A DNA stretch of 63,708 bases, the filler included, from Octopus bimaculoides (lineage: Eukaryota), in assembly GCF_001194135.2 (NCBI RefSeq). It is 10 parts of 7 records of this genome, joined end to end, with 100 filler letters (N's around TTAATTAATTAA, not from the genome) between each part and the next. Parts side by side here need not be neighbours in the genome. Positions count along the whole stretch, not along the records: positions 52,397 to 57,985 come from NC_069003.1; positions 58,086 to 63,708 come from NC_068983.1; 8 more parts are not named here. One strand, 5' to 3'. The translations under genes and the position numbers were made by a program. The notes below the pieces were generated by a model, which was given only the letters and a program-made list of their open reading frames with translations, was not told the DNA's origin and did no database searches. Below are positions 52,808 to 63,708 of this stretch, piece by piece. Numbering within the stretch: position 1 is the stretch's first letter; each line of letters starts with the position of its first letter.

Positions 52808-53182
52808 TCTTTGCCTTTCATCCTTCCGGGATCGGTGAAAGAATGTACCAGTTAAATATTGGGGTCGATGTAATCGACTTACCCCCCTTCCCTCAAAATT
52901 ACTGGCCTTGTGCCAAAATTCTAAACCAGTGTTATTATTATTCGAGCTGGCAGAATCATTAGTACGCCAGGCAGAATGCTTTGTGGCATTTCGCCCGTCT
53001 TCACGTTCTTTCTGGGTTCAAATTCCACCGAGGTCGACTTTACCTTTCATCCTTTCGAAGTTGATGAAAATAAGTAACCAGTTGTGCACTAGGGTCGATT
53101 TAATCGACTTACCACGCCGCCACCACCCTCTCGCAATCTCCAGGTCTTGTGTCTATTGGAGAACGAATTATTGTATTATGAT
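52808..53182 (+). mobile_element. Two tandem SINE family C copies (first one headless)
   Basis: The second unit starts at 52943, immediately after the (TTA) tail of the first. Confidence 0.82.
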
Positions 53183-53366
53183 TTAGTTAGCCGATAAGGA
53201 ATTATCGTCCTTGATCTCTGTAAGTTACACTCTCAGTCTGGTGAGATTAATGCGGTTGACGTTTAGTTAGCATATCTGAAAGTCTGTCTTGGGCGTCTGT
53301 TGGCCAAAAAGTTCAATAGGATTGTAATCGAAGCGAAGAATGAATGAATGAATGAATGAATAAATA

Positions 53367-54072
53367 TACAAAGGTGTGCTGAAAAGTTCTTGGCTTTGGT
53401 TAAAAGAAAATACAGGAAGATCAGTTAATTACGATTTTATACAACATATTCCCCTCTCAGTGGTCCTTCAGTTTTTCTAAGTCCTGTAAAAGAACTCGGA
53501 ATGTTGGGCCTCCAGCCAGGCCTTTCCCGATACCCTTAAAGCCAAGACCTTTTCAGTACCCCGTCGTATGCTCCAAATTAAATAACCACTTTTCGTAGTC
53601 ATGTTAGTGTACGTAAATTTTATATATATACACACACGACCTAGTATAATTAACCAGTGTATATAAGTATATAATATGAAACCAACTCTACGAGGTAGTG
53701 CTGAATAATTCCTGGTTTTGGGTAAAAGAAAATACAGAAGAATCAGTTAAGTATGATCTTGTACATATTGCCATCACAGATTCATACATTTATTGGCGTG
53801 GTCATTCATTTTTTTAAGCTCTGACCCCCCCCCCCCCAAAACAAAAAACTCGGAAATTTGACCCTCCAACCTTTCACAATACCCTTAATGCCAGGAAGTT
53901 TTCACAGCACCCCTTATAAAACATGTAATGATGTATGTACGAGAGGATGCTGAAAAGATCCTGGCCTTGGGTAATAGAAAATACTGGAATATCAGTTAAT
54001 TATGATTTTATTCAGTATATTTCCCTCTCAGATTCAGACGCTTCTTGTAGGGGTCCTTCAGTTTGTTTTTAA
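53367..54072. mobile_element. Cluster of three mariner-type MITEs (53367-53568, 53689-53918, 53938-gap)
   Basis: TIRs resembling TACGAGG.GTGCTGAAAAGTTCCTGGC / GCCAGGAACTTTTCAGCACCCCTCGTA, TA boundaries, and shared internal AAAAGAAAATAC...ATCAGTTAA. Confidence 0.82.
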
Positions 54073-55263
54073 NNNNNNNNNNNNNNNNNNNNNNNNNNNN
54101 NNNNNNNNNNNNNNNNNNNNNNNNNNNNNNNNNNNNNNNNNNNNNNNNNNNNNNNNNNNNNNNNNNNNNNNNNNNNNNNNNNNNNNNNNNNNNNNNNNNN
54201 NNNNNNNNNNNNNNNNNNNNNNNNNNNNNNNNNNNNNNNNNNNNNNNNNNNNNNNNNNNNNNNNNNNNNNNNNNNNNNNNNNNNNNNNNNNNNNNNNNNN
54301 NNNNNNNNNNNNNNNNNNNNNNNNNNNNNNNNNNNNNNNNNNNNNNNNNNNNNNNNNNNNNNNNNNNNNNNNNNNNNNNNNNNNNNNNNNNNNNNNNNNN
54401 NNNNNNNNNNNNNNNNNNNNNNNNNNNNNNNNNNNNNNNNNNNNNNNNNNNNNNNNNNNNNNNNNNNNNNNNNNNNNNNNNNNNNNNNNNNNNNNNNNNN
54501 NNNNNNNNNNNNNNNNNNNNNNNNNNNNNNNNNNNNNNNNNNNNNNNNNNNNNNNNNNNNNNNNNNNNNNNNNNNNNNNNNNNNNNNNNNNNNNNNNNNN
54601 NNNNNNNNNNNNNNNNNNNNNNNNNNNNNNNNNNNNNNNNNNNNNNNNNNNNNNNNNNNNNNNNNNNNNNNNNNNNNNNNNNNNNNNNNNNNNNNNNNNN
54701 NNNNNNNNNNNNNNNNNNNNNNNNNNNNNNNNNNNNNNNNNNNNNNNNNNNNNNNNNNNNNNNNNNNNNNNNNNNNNNNNNNNNNNNNNNNNNNNNNNNN
54801 NNNNNNNNNNNNNNNNNNNNNNNNNNNNNNNNNNNNNNNNNNNNNNNNNNNNNNNNNNNNNNNNNNNNNNNNNNNNNNNNNNNNNNNNNNNNNNNNNNNN
54901 NNNNNNNNNNNNNNNNNNNNNNNNNNNNNNNNNNNNNNNNNNNNNNNNNNNNNNNNNNNNNNNNNNNNNNNNNNNNNNNNNNNNNGGTCCATCGAGAAGA
55001 AAAAATTAGTCGATAGACTATATATTATTCATTTAAAATACAGAGATGCCTATAATAGGACATCTAACCCGCTAGAAAGAGCAGCAAAACTCCATACCAC
55101 AAAAATAAGGATAATATCGAAAGGGAATGAAAAATAAAAACATTTACCAATCTATTTTCCGTACCATGGTTTCAAGCTATTTTAGCAAAATAAAAAAATA
55201 TTTTGCCAGTTCAGCTATCTTCAGCGGAATACCTAGATAGAACATATAAACACGAGTTTATTT

Positions 55264-55476
55264 CGAGGGCCGGTTTATCGGTTTCCGTGCCGTACATATA
55301 ATCCGCCCTGGATGGGACGCTGGTCCATCGCAGTATTACTCATTTTTGCCAGCTGAGTGGACTGGAGCAGCATGAAATGAAGTGTTTTGCCCAAGAACAC
55401 AACACATCACCCGGTCCAGGAATCGAAACGACAATCTTACGATCAGGAGTCCAACATCCCTAGCCACTGAGCCACT
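55264..55476 (-). mobile_element. tRNA-headed SINE family D with a V-SINE-like central segment
   Basis: The head matches 33473; the body contains GCGATGGACCAGCGTCCCATCCAGGG (V-domain-like from recall). Confidence 0.72.
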
Positions 55477-56926
55477 GTCTATATACATGTCACTAGCCAA
55501 TCAGTTATTTTTCTTCGTTCATTTTCTAATCAATTATACGAATTAACCACACCAAAAATTATTCTAATATTTCCTGTATGTACAAGTTTTTCGTCAGAGA
55601 CAAGACATAACAGAAACACAGCACAACAGAAACACACCACCACAACTATCAACGTTATGTCAACATTCTTCGTTATATCCCCCTCGCATTTGGAGTGGGT
55701 CTTAATTGCCATCAAGCGATTGTACTACCTTCTCTGGAATTGAAGAAAGTTTTCATGCATCAAGAATTTGTGGTGTTTAATAAAGCCTTATTCGTTTTCA
55801 TAGTTCAAATACATGCCAAAGTCACTCTGAATTATATTGCTTACCTCATTTTCGTTTTATATATATATATATATAACTACACACGAATGTACGCACACAC
55901 GCACATATACACACACACAAACACGCACACACANNNNNNNNNNNNNNNNNNNNNNNNNNNNNNNNNNNNNNNNNNNNNNNNNNNNNNNNNNNNNNNNNNN
56001 NNNNNNNNNNNNNNNNNNNNNNNNNNNNNNNNNNNNNNNNNNNNNNNNNNNNNNNNNNNNNNNNNNNNNNNNNNNNNNNNNNNNNNNNNNNNNNNNNNNN
56101 NNNNNNNNNNNNNNNNNNNNNNNNNNNNNNNNNNNNNNNNNNNNNNNNNNNNNNNNNNNNNNNNNNNNNNNNNNNNNNNNNNNNNNNNNNNNNNNNNNNN
56201 NNNNNNNNNNNNNNNNNNNNNNNNNNNNNNNNNNNNNNNNNNNNNNNNNNNNNNNNNNNNNNNNNNNNNNNNNNNNNNNNNNNNNNNNNNNNNNNNNNNN
56301 NNNNNNNNNNNNNNNNNNNNNNNNNNNNNNNNNNNNNNNNNNNNNNNNNNNNNNNNNNNNNNNNNNNNNNNNNNNNNNNNNNNNNNNNNNNNNNNNNNNN
56401 NNNNNNNNNNNNNNNNNNNNNNNNNNNNNNNNNNNNNNNNNNNNNNNNNNNNNNNNNNNNNNNNNNNNNNNNNNNNNNNNNNNNNNNNNNNNNNNNNNNN
56501 NNNNNNNNNNNNNNNNNNNNNNNNNNNNNNNNNNNNNNNNNNNNNNNNNNNNNNNNNNNNNNNNNNNNNNNNNNNNNNNNNNNNNNNNNNNNNNNNNNNN
56601 NNNNNNNNNNNNNNNNNNNNNNNNNNNNNNNNNNNNNNNNNNNNNNNNNNNNNNNNNNNNNNNNNNNNNNNNNNNNNNNNNNNNNNNNNNNNNNNNNNNN
56701 NNNNNNNNNNNNNNNNNNNNNNNNNNNNNNNNNNNNNNNNNNNNNNNNNNNNNNNNNNNNNNNNNNNNNNNNNNNNNNNNNNNNNNNNNNNNNNNNNNNN
56801 NNNNNNNNNNNNNNNNNNNNNNNNNNNNNNNNNNNNNNNNNNNNNNNNNNNNNNNNNNNNNNNNNNNNNNNNNNNNNNNNNNNNNNNNNNNNNNNNNNNN
56901 NNNNNNNNNNNNNNNNNNNNNNNNNN

Positions 56927-56977
<51 letters not shown>

Positions 56978-57406
56978 AGACACACGCATATGCATATACA
57001 CATATATGACAAAAAATAAACAATTATATTATGATCTCTATCAGCTTACAGACGTTTCTGCTATAAGATGCACTGGACTCATACTTGAGTGCCTGAGTAA
57101 CATCTTATGGCTTTATCGGACTCTCATGTATGTATATATATATAAAGTTAAAGAATTAAGGTTTAGAAAGTAGGTGTTACATGCAATATCCAAACCTTGT
57201 TTCAGGGTAAGTCTCAAGTAGTGTGTCTGCAGAGCACGTTCACCACTTATGGCTGCCAGGCATCATCAGCAATACTGTGCCTCCATCTTTGGATCTATGT
57301 CCGGAATTCCAAGGTGCATGTAGGGTATATCTTAAAGGATTAATAAGGAAGATAGTATTTGTCTTTCGTATTAATCTTTATCAACTCGTGTGTTACTTTT
57401 CAACAT

Positions 57407-57461
<55 letters not shown>

Positions 57462-57519
57462 CCATACATATACATACATATACGTACACACACATTCACA
57501 CATACACACACATATGTGT

Positions 57520-57895
57520 TGTATTCCCAGTACCGACCAGACCATCAGGTGCTGTTGTACATCGCTTGTCACAATGGAATTCCAATTCTGTGTTGATTGC
57601 GCCATTCTTTTCCATCTTGACCCAAATCGATTAACTAAATCGTCTTCCCATTATCGTGACGGCCTTCCTAGAGACTTTTCCGATCACTTGGATACCATTC
57701 GGCAACTTACGCGGTTCCACTTGTTTGTGAAACTTACGACTCATCCAGACCTGCGGAACTTGTGCTTTCGGTATTCTGCAGACACATCGTTCACTCCGCT
57801 CCATTCTCGAATTATTCTGTTTCGAATTTCATCTCGAAATGATATTCCCAGCATGGATACGTGCTCACGTTTCACTCTCTTACTGTCTCACTTGC
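57520..57895 (-). mobile_element. RTE-1-like LINE 3' fragment
   Basis: SMLGISFRDEIRNRIIREWSGVNDVSAEYRKHK..., EWYPSDRK, GRPSR, WEDDL...WKRMAQ. Confidence 0.8.
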
Positions 57896-58099
57896 GCGTG
57901 TATCTAGTTGTCTGTATATGCCCATATACTTGGATGTGCGTGTGTGAGCGCGTATGTATATGTGTGTGTGTATATATATATATATNNNNNNNNNNNNNNN
58001 NNNNNNNNNNNNNNNNNNNNNNNNNNNNNTTAATTAATTAANNNNNNNNNNNNNNNNNNNNNNNNNNNNNNNNNNNNNNNNNNNNTATATATATATATA

Positions 58100-58322
58100 T
58101 ATATGTGGATGTGTACGTGTGTGTGTCTTTGTGTCTGTGTTTTGTCCCCTCACCACAGCTCGACAACCGGTGTTGGAGTGGTTCCGTCCCCGTAAATATA
58201 TCGATGGAATAAGTACTAGACGTATAATAGATGTACTGCGATCAATTCATTCGACTAATAATTAAAGGTGGTGTTTCAACACGGAGGCAGTCAAATAATT
58301 GAAACAAGTAAAAGATAGAAAA
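58100..58322 (+). mobile_element. 3' half of SINE family B (old copy)
   Basis: TCGACAACCGGTGTTGG...GTCCCCGTAA...GGCAGTCAAA...GAAACAAGTAAAAGA. Confidence 0.75.
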
Positions 58323-59240
58323 TAACCACTGCTACCGCAACATAAAGGAAGTTGTGTGCAGAATAACCTTGTCATCACCATTATAATCTCAGCAATATTA
58401 AAGCATGATGAAGCACACTTTATGAACTATATTATTACTATATCAAAATTCAGGGTCTAAGATATTTTATGAAATTATAATTAAATAGTTACGTTGATTA
58501 TTATAATTAATTGTAAAATTTACATATTCAATTACACTTATGCACATAGATCAATTAATCGCTCGACACATTCTTTAAAATTAGATTTTGACCTTGTTGT
58601 GATATAAGACGTTTCTGAAGAAGTTGAGGCGGCAGTGTGCAACGCCATACGTATCTTATGTTGCAAATGGAAAACTCGATGCTAATGACAACACATTAAT
58701 ATTCCCATTAATCGCTTCTACGTACAAACGCGATTATCTTTTAAAACTGTATTTAAAATTTGATAATCTATATTATAAATTTATCATTAATTCCAATCAC
58801 GACAAATTTGTATGTATATTTACATTAAAATGAAATCGAATGTATGTAATTTCCATTTTTTCATATGTTTATTGAGGTTTATATATACAATTTCTCAATA
58901 TAATAGCTTCCTAGTTACAAAATTAGTACTCTATGACACTGGAATTTCTATATATTGAACCACTGAGAAGATGTGAATCAAACGATGTAGTAGTCGATGA
59001 TGGATGAATAGAAGTAGAGATCCGACTGCTGCGTGGTAGGTCCGCCAGCTGGGTAGATCGAGTTGCTGTGTCCGATGTTTACCTTACCTTTACTAGGGGC
59101 TCAGCCTTAAAATTTGGGTTGCGCTAATCCTAAAAATGCCAGCCCAGTCACGAATCCAGCTGCCGAACTCCAATTTCACGGCTATTCGTTGGAGAACGAC
59201 CATCTAAGATTCGCCGCCAATGTGTGGTCATGGGCTAGAG

Positions 59241-59415
59241 CAGGGGTTTTCAAACTTTTTGACTTGCGGACCCCTTTATATTTCAGGCTTTACCTTAGGA
59301 ATCCCCCCTTATAAACGCTTATGAAATTTACACATAAATATTTGCTTAAAATAACACATATTTTTACATTTATTTATTTAACAGTATTTAACAGATAGGT
59401 TTATTGTCAATTAAA
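59241..59415 (+). mobile_element. Left end of a non-autonomous hAT (Charlie-like) element
   Basis: CAGGGGTTTTCAAACTTTTT...GCGGACCCC terminus, preceded by the 8-mer GGCTAGAG (CTAG-centred hAT target). The right end is hidden in the gap. Confidence 0.7.
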
Positions 59416-60083
59416 NNNNNNNNNNNNNNNNNNNNNNNNNNNNNNNNNNNNNNNNNNNNNNNNNNNNNNNNNNNNNNNNNNNNNNNNNNNNNNNNNNNNN
59501 NNNNNNNNNNNNNNNNNNNNNNNNNNNNNNNNNNNNNNNNNNNNNNNNNNNNNNNNNNNNNNNNNNNNNNNNNNNNNNNNNNNNNNNNNNNNNNNNNNNN
59601 NNNNNNNNNNNNNNNNNNNNNNNNNNNNNNNNNNNNNNNNNNNNNNNNNNNNNNNNNNNNNNNNNNNNNNNNNNNNNNNNNNNNNNNNNNNNNNNNNNNN
59701 NNNNNNNNNNNNNNNNNNNNNNNNNNNNNNNNNNNNNNNNNNNNNNNNNNNNNNNNNNNNNNNNNNNNNNNNNNNNNNNNNNNNNNNNNNNNNNNNNNNN
59801 NNNNNNNNNNNNNNNNNNNNNNNNNNNNNNNNNNNNNNNNNNNNNNNNNNNNNNNNNNNNNNNNNNNNNNNNNNNNNNNNNNNNNNNNNNNNNNNNNNNN
59901 NNNNNNNNNNNNNNNNNNNNNNNNNNNNNNNNNNNNNNNNNNNNNNNNNNNNNNNNNNNNNNNNNNNNNNNNNNNNNNNNNNNNNNNNNNNNNNNNNNNN
60001 NNNNNNNNNNNNNNNNNNNNNNNNNNNNNNNNNNNNNNNNNNNNNNNNNNNNNNNNNNNNNNNNNNNNNNNNNNNNNNNNNNN

Positions 60084-60138
<55 letters not shown>

Positions 60139-60140
<2 letters not shown>

Positions 60141-60398
60141 CAACCGCATTGAGTCTCTGCCCGTTGATGGAAATGTTGGGTTCTACATATGGTTTTCCTG
60201 GAGCGGGTTGGTCATCACCTCGGTATTCTTGGTACTGATTGTGAGACCAATGTTGTCACAGACTTCTGAAAATATGTCCCTCTACCATCAATGATGAGAC
60301 CATTGACCGCCTCCCCCAACTTACTGTAAACGAGGAAATGGATGAAATCCCAACCCTCGAAGAGATTGGGAAAGCAATCCACCTGTTGTCCACCGGGA
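60139..60398. mobile_element. Two RTE (BovB-like) segments joined in opposite orientation next to (CATA)n
   Basis: Minus 60139-60273 gives FSEVCDNIGLTISTKNTEVM/QPAPGKPYVEPNISINGQRLNAVD; plus 60278-60398 gives PSTINDETIDRLPQLTVNEEMDEIPTLEEIGKAIHLLSTG. Confidence 0.82.
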
Positions 60399-61104
60399 CA
60401 TACATACATACATACATACATACATACATACATACACACATATATATATTGCAGGTTGATTATAACTTACCTAACTAGGACATCTTTTCGGATCCTCGCT
60501 AGAATAGTATATCAAACTCCGTAAGACTTCGATTGAAATAAATTTGAGTATTACTCAACTCAATGCTAAGATAGTGTAGGATTAAAATAGGCTGCGCGGA
60601 GTGTATAGTAAAAGTAATAAGAGGATAAATCAAATTAATATTGCAATCTATTCCGTAAATTACAATGTTTTATTCCATGTCTCGTAGAGTATAAAACAAT
60701 TCATACAACGTTATGTTATACAAAACGTAATATATGTAAATATGTAATAAGTCTATAATCTATTTATTTCCTCAAATGTCAAGATTTGAAGGTACAACCG
60801 AAATAGCGAATCTCAGCGGGAGATTTATTTGGACAATGGTGCCTTCAATTCTTGACATCTGAGGAAATGAACAAATAATAGCATTATTACATATTTCCAT
60901 ATATTACGTTTTGTATCACATAGCGTTGCGTGAATTACCTAACACTAGATGCGATATGGAATAATAATATTTGTCGTTCTACGGAAACAATTGTAAATTC
61001 AATTTCATTTTTCCATTTCTCTGTTCCTCGTTTAAATTGTGAATATATACATATATATATGCGCGTGTGAGTCTGTTTGTATGTATATACATACATACTT
61101 ACAT

Positions 61105-61186
<82 letters not shown>

Positions 61187-62410
61187 GTTTACACACAGGC
61201 ACACACCCATATGTACGTATCCAGCATAGATAGAATCAACAAAAATATACTACATCCAGTAAGCTATAAATACCTATTTGATACATAACCGAAAGAGCTA
61301 CTAGTAATTTTATGCTTTGCGATACTTTAACCATGCTTATTTATAAAATACGACATGTCACTCTAAGAAAGTCTATTTATACATTATATGTACCGTAAAA
61401 ACAAGGATTCTTAACAGTGAGAAAATAAGAAAAAAAAACTCCGTCATATACGAGGCAGAAGTAATATCAGCGCTTCAATATAAATCGAATGGAAGGAAGA
61501 GTTACATTGGGTTATGTGAATGTGATTATAAAGAAAGGACTTATGCACGCCACCAATCTTTTTTTGGGCTCATATGGAATTTGAAGAGCAGCTGCAGACC
61601 ACTTGCAAAAATGTGGAAGATCGTGGAGCAGCCCAAGTCACATGTTAATGGGTCTAAGGAATACAACTCATGCGTGGCAGAAAAATTCATATTTTTCTTA
61701 GATTCATTATTCTGCTTAATTCCAGATCTGAAATATTTAGCAAGTATCAACACAGACACACGCGCGCACACATACATGCAGACACAGACAAACGCACACG
61801 CGCACTCACACACCTACCCATGTATGGTAAAGAATAATTACAGAATATTTGTACAAAATTACACAAATATACAAATGACATAAAACACTGAATATATTTG
61901 AATGCTACAATGTCGGTGAACTGAGTAACTATTTTGTATTTCCTTCTGTAGTCTGGTCTTCTAAATAACATTCACTGCGCACAGATATATATATATGAAA
62001 AAAACGCTGTTTCAAGCATTTCTTTTTAAACATAGAAAAATTATTTACATAAAAATATTAACGCACTATCTAAACATACTTCGCACCAAATATAAAGGTT
62101 TTCTGAATAAATATATATTCGATTATTGATTATCTTATGAACAACATGAAACGATTTTTACACAAATTTTATGAAGACTAGATAATTAAGATTGCATGAA
62201 ACGTCTTTGTGAAATGTCGCAAGTTATTAATTGTGGGAATATGCTGAATTAGGTATTAAACATTTTTAGTATATTTTCATAGCGGTGTTTTTTATGATAA
62301 AGAAAACCTATTAAAATAGAATTTATCACAATGGATTATCAAGATATGTAATTTAACTTCACTATCTAATAAAAGTATCTGAAATTTTCATTTTATTTAT
62401 TTATCTATAA

Positions 62411-63190
62411 ACGCAAATGCGGCAGGAGGTAAAGCAGTTTGCTTCCCAACCACATGCTGCCGGTATCAGTTCCACTCCTTGGCACCTTGGGCAAGTGTTT
62501 TCTACTGTAGCCTCTGGCCGACTAGTGGGAATTTGGTCGACGGAAACCCAATGGCACCCATCGGACGTATATATGTACGCGTCTTTGTATCTATGTTTGT
62601 GTGGAGGCGCAATGGCCCAGTGGCTAAGGCAGGGGACTTGCAGTCATAGGATCGCAGTTTCAATTCTCAGACCGGGCGTTATGAATGTTTATTGAGCGAA
62701 AACACCTAAAGCTCCACGAGGCTCCGGCACGGGGTGGTGGTGAACCCTACTGTTCAATTTGCACCACAACTTTCTCTCACTCTTTCTTCCTGTTTCTGTT
62801 GTACCTGTATTTCAAAGGGCCAGCCTTGTCACATTCTGTGTCACGCTGAATCTCCCAGAGAACAACGTTAATGGTGAATGTGTCTGTGGAGTTCTCAGCC
62901 ATTAGAACGTTGATTTCACGAGCAGGCTGTTCCGTTGATCGGATCAACTGGAACACTCGTCGTTGTAAGCGACGGAGTCCCAGTCATGTGTGTATGTATC
63001 GCACTACGTCTTGATAATCAGTGGTGATGTTTTTACGTCCTACTATCATAGCGGTTCAACAAAATTAACCGATAGAATAAGTACCATGGTTAAAAAGACA
63101 GTTGCTGGAATAAATTCCTTCGACTAAAATTCTCTGAGGCTGTACTCCTGGTGTGGTTGCAGTATTAAGACTGAAAGAAATATAAGATAA
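62411..63190 (+). mobile_element. Old SINE family B copy with a SINE family A copy (62601-62982) nested in its central microsatellite
   Basis: B head/core at 62411-62600, complete A, then the B 3' half resumes (CTTGATAA...ACCGATAGAATAAGTAC...GACTGAAAG). Confidence 0.85.
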
Positions 63191-63708
63191 ATAATTTTCC
63201 AAACTTGATCTAACTTGCAATGGAATTAAAATGTAAACACATTTTAATGTATGATATTTGTAAAATTTCAACAAAAAGTAAAATAAATGTACTGTTCATG
63301 GCTTCAAGCATTTCAATATATTTTAAGAAGATCTAATAACATTCAATACACAAGCTAATAAGTATGATAGGAATTTTAAAAAGTCAAATAGTGAAGAGAA
63401 TAACAAATGAGTGTGCTTTCTATATGTGGGAAGAGCAACACTTTTAGTATACAAGAATTTTTTTTTTAATTCAAAATACTATAATAGAAAACATCAGTAA
63501 ATTACTATAAAGCTTTTAATGCACCAGAGGAAGCTGCTGCTATACCTTGAAAAATACAAAATTGTTAAGGGAGACAGCATTATTGATATCATATAAAAAA
63601 TTGACAATCATTAAGGAGATAAATCAGATTACAAAACATACAACAAATGAGAAAGTCACAACGAAAACTGTGTGAATTAAAAGTATATATGTATCTCGCT
63701 CTCTCTCT

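Noticed and set aside
54002-57173. Long 300-490 aa ORFs in the track (also 8026-9372, 37810-38841, 45511-46583, 59388-60294)
   Set aside because: Their length comes from N runs translated as X.

Overview
AT-rich, repeat-dense animal DNA with many N gaps. The SINE families and microsatellite load are most consistent with an octopus/coleoid cephalopod assembly (inference; family names below are recalled from motif knowledge, not database hits). No host protein-coding gene, true tRNA, rRNA or CRISPR array can be supported; nearly all ORF-track entries are microsatellite, SINE or gap artefacts. Retroelements: RLE-type (R4/Dong-like) LINE fragments of at least three families, RTE LINE fragments (two with inverted 5' segments, one ending in three C2H2 fingers), a CR1-type 3' end, and two Penelope-like RT fragments from different clades (one Naiad-like). 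DNA elements: a decayed ~2.3 kb Sola-like DDD transposase, Tc1 and mariner remnants, three clustered mariner MITEs, a hAT end and a 230-bp Helitron. At least five tRNA-headed SINE families are present. Most interesting: (1) a minimal hammerhead-ribozyme motif in a short non-coding repeat; (2) elements sitting in specific microsatellites, (TAA)n versus (TACA)n, including a fixed-length ~530-bp non-coding element bracketed by (TTA)n; (3) twin-priming-like inversions in RTE elements; (4) a 55-bp-arm hairpin. Nine 100-bp N44-TTAATTAATTAA-N44 linkers mark artificial scaffold joins, so adjacency across them is not biological evidence.
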